DNA of 38,471 bases from an uncultured bacterium (GCA_963841935.1 CAWJEP010000005.1:230003-268473), one strand, 5' to 3'. Shown: positions 23,056 to 32,352, counted from the first letter of the stretch. The notes: generated by a model not told the origin, from the letters alone. Numbers and translations: made by a program.

Positions 23056-25632
23056 TTATTTAGCCCAGTTGGTCATTAACCATACGAAGTCTTGAATACC
23101 GACAACCGCGTCACCGCTAAAGTCAGCGGCATTTCCGATTCCCGTCTGACCCCAATTAGCCATTAGGAGCACGAAATCCGAGATACCGACATTGGTCGCG
23201 GCAACATTGGAAGATCCGCCGCCACTACTGTAAAAGTGAACAGTGTTAACGGGGCTTGCCGGAGTTGGAACCGGTGTCTCTGTGTAAGTTACGAATGTCG
23301 AGAAGTGCTTCGTCCAGACGATGAGGTCGCTTCCTGAATCGATTTTACAAGACGCGCCTGCGGCAAGAGAGGCATTCTCTGTCGTTTGGTCGTTTGCCGC
23401 GCACGTGTCCGTAATTTCAGTGAACACGTTCGCGTTGTTATACCAGCCAGCAAGCGTTCCTGCCTGACCTGCGAAGGTGAGCTCTACGGCATTGTTGAAG
23501 GTGAGATCGCTCTCGCTTGAGCCGACGGTGGCTGCGGACGTCACTGTCGTGTCAAAGCCCGGAACCACAACGGTCGGTGTCGTTGCCGGCGGAGTCGGTG
23601 CAGAGATAACACCATCCCACGTTGCATTGCCGGTTGCCGTCGTCCCGGAAGGAATGACCGCCGTAATGTTGATATTTGTATTTGCAGTACTCGTGCCGAT
23701 TAGTGTCGTGATACTCGGAAGCGTCGCTGTCTGGTTGCCATTACTGTCCGGTGTCGTAGAGCTCTGAAGCGTCGTCATTCCTGCGTCGGTGTACCAGGGC
23801 GAGACGTTGATGGCGCCACCGCCGGGACTTGCAGTGAACGAGAACGGGTTCGTGGTACTAGTGTTCCAATAGTTGGATGAGGCATCGATATTCGTTGGCA
23901 GGCTCGAGGTGACCCCATCTTGCATGGATGAACTGTCGAAGGAGTTGTGATTGAGGCTGACCGATGCCGAATCAGGATTTGAATCGAAGTTGACTGCCGT
24001 AGCGTAGCCACCCAAAGCGGTAAAGTTGCTGAAAGAGTTGTTCTGAACAACCGCGTTCGGCGTGTCCCCCTCGAGTCCGAGTCCATGGGCGTAATAGCCC
24101 GAAAGATCAGTCACTGAGTTACCTGTAATCTGCGCAGCAGCTATTGAACCACCGACTTTTGCACCGTAATTAAGGAGGATGCCGTAAGCAATCTTGCCTG
24201 TAGGCCACGTCGACGTGTTGTCAGAAACATTCGAGATAGTGTTGTTGCTGATAACCAAGCCCGACAGGATGCCGGTAGCGTTGGAATCTCCAATGCCGAT
24301 CGCACCATTCGAATTCTCCAAGTTAGCGGTGTCACCAACGCCGTTGATGGTGTTGTTGCTGATGGTAACACCAGAAACGCTGCCAGTCGTGTGACCCTGG
24401 AAGTAAATGCCGTAGGCATTGTTCGGAATCAGAGGGTTCGTAGCAGCGAGGGTCGTACCGATGTCAGTAACCGAGTTGTTGGTAACCGATACGTTGCCGA
24501 CACCGTTGATGAGGATTCCGAAACCGCCGCTTGGATTCGTGACCGTGAATCCCGAAAGATTAGTCGACGCAGCATTGATTTGGACTTCGCCATTGATTGT
24601 CGTGTCGGTAGCGCCTGCGCCCTTGAGTGTGATCCCCGTCGGAATCGTTATGTTTTCGTCATAGGTCCCCGCGCTGACAACAATCGTGTCGCCAGAAGAG
24701 GCAGCATTAACCGCAGCTTGAATAGTTGCAAATGGACAGGTCTCAGAGCCATTGTTCGAATCGTTACCACTTGTTGATGATACGAAAACAGAAGTACCAA
24801 CAGTGCCAGTGCAAGAAGTAGGAGTCGAAGTGGTAGGAATCGTAACGGTATTGGCATCGAGCGTCACTTGAGTTTGTGCCAATGCTCTACCATTCAGTAC
24901 TGCACCAGTTTGCATTACAATCTCTGTTTGATCTAGAATATTTCCTACAAACGTGGATGTCGTTTGAAGTGTCGTCGCGCCAGCTACTGCCCAGAAGACG
25001 TTTGCAGATACTGCGCCACCGGTTAGAAGAACACTCGTGGCGGAGCTTATATTGAGAGTTCCCGGTACGATGAATATCCACACATCGGTTGGACCACCAT
25101 TGAGGGTGACATTACCTGTTATTTTCACATTGCCGGGACCAGAAAACGTATAGACACCGGGAGAGAGTGTAAGTCCGGTAAGGTCGCAAGTGCCAGCAAC
25201 ACATTGAGCCGGCGCGGCGACCGAAAGATTTGTTTCATTGACCGATCGGCCAGTGGCATCAGTGTATGCCGCCGCCATATCGGATACAGCCGTACCCAAT
25301 GTGGTCGGAGTGGGAGTCGTGTAGTCGGCCGCGTACAACTTTCCAACTACGTAGATCGATGTTGAAAATTGATTCGAGCCATCCATTGTTTCTGAAAATC
25401 CTGTTAGGGCGGTGTGGTCAATCGGACTTACCCCAATATCTCCGGTAATCAAAGTGGTCCCGGAGGTTGAGATCCCCGATTTTGATAAAATCGCGAAGTT
25501 GCCCGATGTCCCAAGATCGACTGGTGCTGGACTTGCGAACGCGAATGCATTTCCCGCAAACGCGAAAAGGGCGAACGCGACAATACCGCTTACGACGGCC
25601 AGCTTGTAGGCTGACGTTATTGAATATTTCAT
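23056..25632 (-). CDS. Large secreted surface protein: ice-binding-like (DUF3494) domain, right-handed beta-helix repeats, dockerin-like C-terminus
   Basis: Signal peptide (start taken at MKYSIT, ATG 25632). VDLGTSGNFAILSKSGISTSGTTLITGDIGVSPI...TAVSDMAAAYTDATGRS...LSPGVYTF...TDVWIFIV...NVFWAV...GNILDQTEIVMQTGAVLNGRALAQTQVTLDANTVTIP matches the IBP/DUF3494 fold pattern. Repeated NNS/T-V/I-T/S-x-V/I-G units are PbH1-like. The C-terminal pair is GISDFVLLMANWG / GIQDFVWLMTNWA. Confidence 0.8.
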   Translation of the reverse strand: MKYSITSAYKLAVVSGIVAFALFAFAGNAFAFASPAPVDLGTSGNFAILSKSGISTSGTTLITGDIGVSPIDHTALTGFSETMDGSNQFSTSIYVVGKLYAADYTTPTPTTLGTAVSDMAAAYTDATGRSVNETNLSVAAPAQCVAGTCDLTGLTLSPGVYTFSGPGNVKITGNVTLNGGPTDVWIFIVPGTLNISSATSVLLTGGAVSANVFWAVAGATTLQTTSTFVGNILDQTEIVMQTGAVLNGRALAQTQVTLDANTVTIPTTSTPTSCTGTVGTSVFVSSTSGNDSNNGSETCPFATIQAAVNAASSGDTIVVSAGTYDENITIPTGITLKGAGATDTTINGEVQINAASTNLSGFTVTNPSGGFGILINGVGNVSVTNNSVTDIGTTLAATNPLIPNNAYGIYFQGHTTGSVSGVTISNNTINGVGDTANLENSNGAIGIGDSNATGILSGLVISNNTISNVSDNTSTWPTGKIAYGILLNYGAKVGGSIAAAQITGNSVTDLSGYYAHGLGLEGDTPNAVVQNNSFSNFTALGGYATAVNFDSNPDSASVSLNHNSFDSSSMQDGVTSSLPTNIDASSNYWNTSTTNPFSFTASPGGGAINVSPWYTDAGMTTLQSSTTPDSNGNQTATLPSITTLIGTSTANTNINITAVIPSGTTATGNATWDGVISAPTPPATTPTVVVPGFDTTVTSAATVGSSESDLTFNNAVELTFAGQAGTLAGWYNNANVFTEITDTCAANDQTTENASLAAGASCKIDSGSDLIVWTKHFSTFVTYTETPVPTPASPVNTVHFYSSGGGSSNVAATNVGISDFVLLMANWGQTGIGNAADFSGDAVVGIQDFVWLMTNWAK

Positions 25633-25823
25633 ATTTTTATGAGTTAGCTGTTGCATCTCGCTGCCGTTCATGCAGCTACTTTATTACAACTTATAATAAA
25701 CATATACCGCTGGACTAATAGTTTTATTGCCAACTCGGACACTATGGTACTTCCCCATCAAAATGTCAACGAGTCAAAGGGGGTAACTGGTGGACAAAAA
25801 GTGGATAAACAAAAAGACAGCTG

Positions 25824-25896
25824 TGGACCCGAGCGGACTTGAACCGCTTGCCTCCTCATTGCAAATGAGGCGCTCTACCAGATGAGCTACGGGCCC
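25824..25896 (-). tRNA. tRNA-Ala (anticodon UGC)
   Basis: The reverse complement folds: acceptor GGGCCCG/CGGGTCC (G3:U70), D-arm GCTC-ATCTGGTA-GAGC, anticodon stem CCTCA/TGAGG, loop TTTGCAA, T-arm AGCGG-TTCAAGT-CCGCT. Confidence 0.9.
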
Positions 25897-26884
25897 AGCC
25901 AAAAAATACTAGCTTTATTTTTCCGTTTATCGCAATTGTGATGACATGGTCGAGAAATTCCGGAAGCGACGAGCCGACGGCGCGGATGGCTTTCGGGATT
26001 AGAGATTCTTTGGTATGCCCCGGCAAAGTGTTCACTTCCAGAAAATAAATCCCGCGTTTCGGATGGACGATAAAATCGGAGCGCGAATAATGCGACAAGC
26101 CGAGGGTTTTGTGAATTTCTATTGCCAGTCGCGCGAGCTCTTTTTTAATATCGTCGGGAAAATTGCTCGGGCAAATTTCTTGCGAACCGCCGCCGTATTT
26201 CGCCTGATACGAGAAAAAATCGGAGGGCGGAGGAATTATCTCTATGGCGGGCAGTGCGTAAATATCTTCGCCGCGGAATTTTTCCACGACGCCGACTGTC
26301 GCTTCTCTGCCCTCTATATATTCTTCAATCATAATGACGTCGGCTACGGCGAAGGCCGCGGCGAGGGCGGCGGGCAAATCGAAAAAAGTTCTGACGATGG
26401 AAACGCCGACCGACGAGCCGGAAGCGGCGGGTTTTACCACCGACGGATTAGAAATGATTTTGAAAAGTTCGCTTGGGTTTGAAACCAAAGCGTCGCCTTT
26501 TTTAAAAACTTTGTGACCGGCAAGCTTTACATCCACTTCGGCGAGAGCTTTTTTCGTGGCGACTTTGTCCATGGAAAGCGCCGAGGCGGCGACGCCGGAG
26601 CCGGTGTAAGACACGCCTATATCTTCCAGAATCTCTTGGACTTTTCCGTCCTCGCCATACTGTCCGTGAAGAGCATTCCAGACTACATGAACGCCGAGAA
26701 GCGCGGTTTCCGGTTTCTTCGGAACGCCGCCCAAATGCCAGAGACCGTCTTTGTTTATAAAAATATCCACCGGTTCGTATTTTTCTTTGTCTAGAGACGA
26801 GAGCACGGACTCGCCGGTATTTAGCGAGACTTCATATTCGGAGGATGGTCCGCCGCGGAGCACCGCGACTTTTGTCTTTGTCAT
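25856..26884 (-). CDS. ddl: D-alanine--D-alanine ligase
   Basis: KVAVLRGGPSSEYEVSLNTGESV...VWNALHGQYGEDGKVQEILEDIGVSYTGSGVAAS...VVKPAASGSSVGVSIV...FFSYQAKYGGGSQEICP...SRSDFIV...IYFLEVNTLPG: ATP-grasp Ddl. The last 41 nt of the ORF run into tRNA-Ala(UGC). Confidence 0.9.
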   Translation of the reverse strand: MTKTKVAVLRGGPSSEYEVSLNTGESVLSSLDKEKYEPVDIFINKDGLWHLGGVPKKPETALLGVHVVWNALHGQYGEDGKVQEILEDIGVSYTGSGVAASALSMDKVATKKALAEVDVKLAGHKVFKKGDALVSNPSELFKIISNPSVVKPAASGSSVGVSIVRTFFDLPAALAAAFAVADVIMIEEYIEGREATVGVVEKFRGEDIYALPAIEIIPPPSDFFSYQAKYGGGSQEICPSNFPDDIKKELARLAIEIHKTLGLSHYSRSDFIVHPKRGIYFLEVNTLPGHTKESLIPKAIRAVGSSLPEFLDHVITIAINGKIKLVFFGWARSSSGRAPHLQ

Positions 26885-26910
26885 ATGCTTTTAGTATAAC
26901 CCAAAGAAAA

Positions 26911-28199
26911 TCAGAAGAGGTTCCTAATGCCCGCGCCGCGAAGCTTCCTGTGATACGCAATGGCGAATCTGTGAGCTTCGGCGTTGGCGAGCAAAATAGA
27001 TTTTTCCAAATTTTTGTCCGCGTTTTTCATTCCGAGAATAGCGCGAGCTTTGTGGCGGTCGTCTTTTACAACGGAAACAATGGTCGGCAACGGCGAGAGA
27101 CGGGCATTTTCTCGCTTGTGCGCTTCGGTCGGACTTAGCGCGCTCGAAAATGCTCCGTCTCTCCGCTAGCCGTTATTGCCTTGCGAGCGACATTCAGTTG
27201 TCCTTTTCCGCCATCAATGACAATCAATTCGGGCATTCCCCATTCCGGATGATTGGCGCGGCGGCGCAAGATTTCGGCGAGACTTTTCGTGTCATTGTTG
27301 CCGATATTTTTGTCCAAACGGAATTTTCGATACTCACTAAACGCCCTTGCGCCGTCTATGATGACGGTCATTACGCCAACGCTTTCCTTTCCCGACGTGT
27401 GTGCGACGTCGTAAGCTTCGATACGCAGTTGCGGCGCGCCCAAAGGGCGCGCCGCCTCATCCTCTTTTATAAGTGCGATGTCCTGAATGTGCTCAAGAGC
27501 GAAAATTTTCCTCTTTATTTCACCGGCTTTTTCGAATTCGCGGGCTTTGGCGAAAGCTTTCATTTCTTTTTGGAGCGATTTTATGACCGCGCCCTTTTTT
27601 CCTTGGAAGAAGAGCCGGATGTGGCGGATATTTTTCAAATATTCCTTTCGCGACTCTTCGCTCGCCGTCTCCGGAGAAAGTCCAATCTGACGATAAAACG
27701 GCGACTGTCTTTTTTGATACGAACGCTCGTCGAGAAACGGAAACATTTTCCGAATAATGCGAAGCGATTCTCTCAAAGCACCGCCGGATGTGAATGGTCC
27801 GAAAGAATCCTGTATTTTGTACGGCGTCGACGCAAGATTTCTTTCCCTCACGACCACAATTCTCGGAAATTTTTCCTTCGTAATCAAAACGAAATTGAAA
27901 CTCTTGTCGTCTTTTTCCTGAACGTTGTAATAAGGCTGAAGTTTCTTTATAAGATTGGCTTCGAGAATGACGGCTTCCAGCACGCTATCAGTCTCTTGCC
28001 ATTTTATCGTCGCGGATTTCGTCACCATATCGACGATTCTCGGCCCGCGTGTGACGATAATATCCGCAGAAAAATAACTCCGCACGCGGTCCTTAAGCGA
28101 TGTCGCTCGGCCGACATACAGAGTCTTTTTCCCTTGTTTCCAGAAATAGACTCCTGGGCCATCAGGGATTTTGAGTTTTATTAAATCTCGAATTTTCAT
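26911..28199 (-). pseudogene. uvrC: Excinuclease ABC subunit C, frame-broken; lacks the C-terminal (HhH)2 region
   Basis: ORF 27135..28199 carries the GIY-YIG domain (GVYFWKQGKKTLYVGRATSLKDRVRSYF), a UVR-like helix region and IVIDGGKGQLNVARKAI, then stops. The next conserved UvrC block (LPTIVSVVKDDRHKARAILG...LLANAEAHRFAIAYHRKLR) is encoded in another frame, 27165..26914, with its stop at 26911..26913. Confidence 0.8.
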
Positions 28200-30834
28200 T
28201 TTTTATCCCTGTCCAAAACTTTTTTCAAATATTTCCCCGTGTAGGATTTCGAATTCCCCGCGACGTTTTCCGGCGTGCCTTTGGCGACGAGAAGTCCCCC
28301 GCCGTTTCCGCCTTCCGGTCCCATATCGATGACCCAATCGCAGGATTTGATGAGGTCGAGATTGTGCTCGATGATGACGACTGTGTTGCCGTGATTTACC
28401 AGGCTTTGCAAAATTTCAATAAGTTTTCGCACGTCTTCGTAATGAAGCCCGACTGTCGGCTCATCGAGAAGATAAATAGTTTTCTGCGTGTGCGGACGAT
28501 AAAGTTCCGAAGAAATTTTCACGCGCTGGGCTTCGCCGCCGGAAAGCGTCGTCGCCGACTGGCCGATTTCCAGATATTCGAGACCGACTTCCGACAAAGT
28601 CTTGAACCTATCGGCAATCGACGGAATGTCCTCGAAAAATTTGAGGCCTTCCTCGACGGTCATTTGGAGGACGTCCCAAATATTTTTTCCTTTGAACGTT
28701 ACTTCGAGCGTATCCTTGGTAAATCGTTTTCCGCCACAGACTTCGCACGGCACGTAAACCGTGGGCAAGAAATGCATTTCGACGGCAATTTCTCCGTTGC
28801 CTTCGCAGGCTTCGCATCTGCCACCTTTGACGTTGAATGAAAAACGATTCGACTTCCAACCGCGAGCACGGGCTTCGGAAGTTTCCGCGAACAAATCGCG
28901 AATATGCGTCCACGCTCCCGTATATGTCGCGGGATTTGTTCGCGGCGTGCTCCAATCGGCGACTGGTCGATGAGAACCGCGCGGCCGGCGTATTCCGTGC
29001 CAGTAAAAGATTTGCAATTGTAGGCTTCGACGGCTTTTCTTCCTCGTTCGTATCTCGACTGCAAATTTTTATACAGAATTTCGTAAAGCAAAGAAGATTT
29101 TCCCGAGCCTGAGACGCCGGTGACGGCGACGAATTTGCCGAGCGGAATATCGACATCCAGATTTTTGATATTGAAAATATTTCCTCCGCGAATCATAATT
29201 TTTCCTTTGTCCTGCTCGCGTCTTTCGTCCGGCATTTCTATTTTTTTGTCGCCGCGGAGATATTCAAGCGTCAGTGAGCCCGATTTATTCGTCTTCGCCG
29301 TGAGTAATTCATCGAGCCAGCCGGAAACGACGACTTTGCCGCCGTGGACGCCGGCTCCCGGACCGATATCGATGATGTAATCGCTCGCAAAAATCGTGTC
29401 TTCATCGTGTTCGACGACGAGGATTGTGTTTCCGAGATTTCGCAAATCAAGAAGTGTTTTGATAAGTCTGTCATTGTCTCTTTGATGAAGTCCTATCGTC
29501 GGCTCGTCGAGAACGTAGAGAGCGCCGACGAGGCCGGAGCCGAGCTGGGACGCGAGACGGATGCGTTGAGCTTCGCCGCCCGAAAGCGTGTAGGCTTTTC
29601 GGTCGAGCGTGAGGTAATCGATGCCGACGTCGAGCATAAAGTGAAGCCGGGACTCGATTTCTTTGAGCACAACCTTGGAAATATTTTTCTCCGTTTCGGT
29701 CAGTTTGAGGTCGCTGAAAAATTCCGCCGCCTGTTCGATCGACATACTCGTGACATCGACGATATTTTTCTCGTTAATCAAAACGTGCAAAGCTTCCTCG
29801 CGCAAGCGTTTGCCTCCGCAAGTCTCGCACGGCTCTTCGCTCCAAATATTTTTCGTTCCGAGACCGTTACAGGCGCTACAGGCGCCATAGGGCGAGTTGA
29901 ACGAGAAAAGTCTCGGCTCGACTTCCGGATACGAATATCCGTCGTACGGGCACATAAATTTCACCGACATCAGTCGCTCTTCTTTGTTGGCTTCAACTTT
30001 GAGAAGTCCATCAGACGCCTTGATTGCGTGTTCGCACGCTTCTGAAAGTCTTTCTCGCGCGTCTTTTGGCTTGGTCTTGAATTCGCTGACGTAAATTTCG
30101 TCAATCAAAATATCAATTGTGTGATGTTTGTTCTTGTCGAGCTCGATACGTTCGCGGAGTCTCTGCATTTTGCCGTCGACTTTCGCCCATTCGTAACCTT
30201 TGCCGAGGAAATCATAGAGCATCTGATAGTATTCGCCCTTCCTACCGACGACGACGGGAGAAAATATTTTTATTTTCTCGGTGCTCGTCGAAACGCCCAT
30301 GACTTTTTTCTCCGATTTCGAAACATCGCTCGTCGTGACCGTCTTCAAAATCGTTTCAATGATTTCTTCGTGCGAAAGCTTCTTTATTTCCCTGTTACAG
30401 ACGAGACAATGCGGTCGGCCGATGCGCGCGTAGAGGACGCGGAGATAATCGTAAATTTCCGTGATGGTGGCGACAGTTGAACGAGGATTGTTGGACCGGC
30501 TCTTCTGGTCGATAGAAATCGCCGGCGAAAGACCGCTGATTTCGTCGACGTCGGGCTTCGACATCTGCCTCAAAAATTGTCTCGCATACGACGAAAGCGA
30601 CTCGACGTAGCGGCGCTGACCTTCGGCGAATATGGTATCGAATGCGAGCGAGGATTTGCCCGAGCCGGAAAGTCCGGTAAATACGACCATCTTGTTTCTC
30701 GGCATTTCGACCGTGATGTCCTTCAAGTTGTGCGTACGCGCGCCTTTCACCACAAGCTTGCCCGCGTGCTCGTCAAATCCCGTTTTGGTTGTTTCTTTCC
30801 CAGTAGTGATTTTTTTATTCGTCAAATTTTTCAT
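28196..30834 (-). pseudogene. uvrA: Excinuclease ABC subunit A, frame-broken once
   Basis: ORF 28699..30834 is a UvrA N-terminus through ...[12 protein letters not shown] and then becomes nonsense. ORF 28196..29017 in another frame resumes ...[31 protein letters not shown]...[18 protein letters not shown]...[15 protein letters not shown]...[10 protein letters not shown]...[12 protein letters not shown]. The junction is at about 28948..28956 (attgga|gcacgccg). Confidence 0.85.
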
Positions 30835-31084
30835 TGAAGTATTCTTTTAACCTTAGTTTCATCATTCGCCTACCTTGCGTCGTTTTTAGATAACCTTCGC
30901 GACGTTTCGCGTCCTGTTCGTTTAAACATGCTTCGTAATAAATAAGTTTCCATGGCGCGTATCTTTTCGTAGAAAAATTTGACTTCTGATTATGTTCTTT
31001 AAAGCGCCGCTTGAGATCCGCCGTATATCCAAAATACAGCTCGGTTGGATACTTTTTGCTTTGTAAACAATATACGTAGAACAT
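30815..31084 (-). CDS. Stand-alone GIY-YIG nuclease-superfamily protein (UPF0213/YhbQ-like)
   Basis: [32 protein letters not shown]...[26 protein letters not shown] carries the GIY...YxG...R...E signature. I take the start at ATG 31084. Its 3' end overlaps the uvrA start by 20 nt. Confidence 0.8.
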   Translation of the reverse strand: MFYVYCLQSKKYPTELYFGYTADLKRRFKEHNQKSNFSTKRYAPWKLIYYEACLNEQDAKRREGYLKTTQGRRMMKLRLKEYFNEKFDE

Positions 31085-31134
31085 AATCAAATGAAAAAAA
31101 CTACTACTGGGTTTGTTATATCCATAGCAACTTG

Positions 31135-31195
31135 CCCCAGCGTTTGCCGCTAGGGTGATAGTGGGAGTCTATCACAATGGATATTTTTAGGAAAA
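31135..31195. repeat. 61-nt twin-hairpin intergenic repeat, copy 1
   Basis: ccccagcgtttgccgctagggtgatagtgggagtctatcacaatggatatttttaggaaaa. It contains two adjacent stem-loops: ccccagcg/cgctaggg and gtgatag/ctatcac. 57 of 61 positions are identical to copy 2. Confidence 0.8.
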
Positions 31196-31197
31196 CG

Positions 31198-31219
31198 AAA
31201 ACCGCACGAATGCGGTTTT
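31198..31219 (-). terminator. Rho-independent terminator-like hairpin downstream of gene 31266..31670
   Basis: aaaaccgca-cgaa-tgcggtttt, with T-rich flanks on both strands. It lies 47 nt after the minus-strand stop at 31266. Confidence 0.5.
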
Positions 31220-31265
31220 AGAAAGTATTTAGCCAGACTTTCAGTTAACTGGTAGGCGTAAAGCT

Positions 31266-31670
31266 CTACTTCCTGAAGCATTTGAAGTCTGACTTTATCT
31301 GGTAGGCCACAGATGACTGCGAGTATGGATAGCGGCCACGGACTATCATTCCTCGCTTCGAAAGAGATTCCATGAGCGGGGCGAAAAAATTCCCGGGCAC
31401 TTCTCTCTCTGTGTCAGACATCACCTTACAAATGAGGCCTCCGATTTCCGCGACACTCGAACGTCTGCCATCGATTGCCTTTACAGCAACCTCAATTGTG
31501 ACGTCCGGGGGATAAAGACCTGGGCCAAGAACCAATCCCGTGTAGGACGAATTCGCCTTGAGAAAAGAAGCCAGCGCTTCTCTGAGTTCTGGCATGATGG
31601 CCTCGACAGCCCGTTCCGCGGCCTTAAAATCAATGCCAGCCCAACGACCCTTACCAGTGGACATATTCAT
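31266..31670 (-). CDS. Hypothetical protein
   Basis: 134-aa ORF that is followed by the terminator hairpin. No family recognised. It looks more GC-rich than its neighbours by eye. Confidence 0.5.
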   Translation of the reverse strand: MNMSTGKGRWAGIDFKAAERAVEAIMPELREALASFLKANSSYTGLVLGPGLYPPDVTIEVAVKAIDGRRSSVAEIGGLICKVMSDTEREVPGNFFAPLMESLSKRGMIVRGRYPYSQSSVAYQIKSDFKCFRK

Positions 31671-31829
31671 AGTAAAAAGAAAATCATTGAGATTAAAACA
31701 TGCGCAACCGCGCGCTTTATGTGAGAGGATCTCACATAATAAGCTTGTTTTAAATCTCTAGACTCCGCCGTGTATTATATATGGTGTGGATTATTTGTCA
31801 AATCTATTTTCTTATATCCCTCAATTTCC

Positions 31830-32081
31830 TCACAAATCTTTATACGCGCTGTCTCGTTTCATAACGAGAAGCACGTAAATCAAATCTCCGGAAACTTGAA
31901 AAATAATTCTCATATCCCCTATTCGAAAACGATATGCGTCATAGCCGACGAGTGGTTTCGCGTGCGCCAAAGGATCAGCCAAAGAAGCGAACCAGCGCAT
32001 TTTTAATGCGATTCTTTTTTGAACAGTTTTTGACAGAGCTTCAAACTGTTTCTCCGCCGCCGCGGTATAAAATATTTTCAT
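31830..32081 (-). CDS. RelE/ParE-family type II toxin
   Basis: 83-aa ORF: MKIFYTAAAEKQFEALSKTVQKRIALKM...YRFRIGDMRIIFQVSGDLIYVLLVMKRDSAY, the typical plasmid-stabilisation / ParE-RelE pattern. It lies 3 nt downstream of a small antitoxin-like ORF. Confidence 0.75.
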   Translation of the reverse strand: MKIFYTAAAEKQFEALSKTVQKRIALKMRWFASLADPLAHAKPLVGYDAYRFRIGDMRIIFQVSGDLIYVLLVMKRDSAYKDL

Positions 32082-32084
32082 AGT

Positions 32085-32318
32085 TTACAGACCGAGACGC
32101 TTGAAAAGTTTTTCTTGTGAGATAATCCTACCCGCTTTAACGTCCGTTCTCGCTTCCGTTAATCCGCGTTCAAAAGCGCCAACCTGAAGATTGCCTTGAA
32201 CAAAAGACTGCGCGGCAAGATTGAGCACAGCGCTTAACGAAAGACCCTGCGCACGGGCTTTTTTCATCGCGGCTTTCTTAAGCGACATATCCATATTAAA
32301 AATGGTTTTTGTTGTCAT
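32085..32318 (-). CDS. RelB/DinJ- or RHH-type antitoxin
   Basis: 77-aa ORF: FNMDMSLKKAAMKKARAQGLSLSAVLNLAAQSFV... (beta-strand then helix-helix). It sits in the upstream position of a canonical TA pair. Confidence 0.7.
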   Translation of the reverse strand: MTTKTIFNMDMSLKKAAMKKARAQGLSLSAVLNLAAQSFVQGNLQVGAFERGLTEARTDVKAGRIISQEKLFKRLGL

Positions 32319-32324
32319 AGAAAT

Positions 32325-32352
32325 AGTATATACCCTATATATACGCTGTCAA
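32325..32352 (-). promoter_or_regulatory. Candidate sigma70-type promoter of the TA operon (TTGACA-N16-TATACT)
   Basis: The minus strand reads ttgaca gcgtatatatagggta tatact atttct ATG. The -10 ends 6 nt before the antitoxin ATG, which would give a near-leaderless transcript. Sequence match only. Confidence 0.35.

Noticed and set aside
27150-28184. 344-aa plus-strand ORF
   Set aside because: It lies exactly antisense to uvrC, whose minus-strand translation carries unmistakable GIY-YIG and UvrC motifs. The plus-strand product is low-complexity R/F/L-rich with no recognisable motif, so it is a shadow ORF.
29344-30045. 233-aa plus-strand ORF, plus several 60-160-aa ORFs on the plus strand between 28364 and 30850
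   Set aside because: They are antisense to the clearly coding uvrA frames and show no motifs. They are shadow ORFs.
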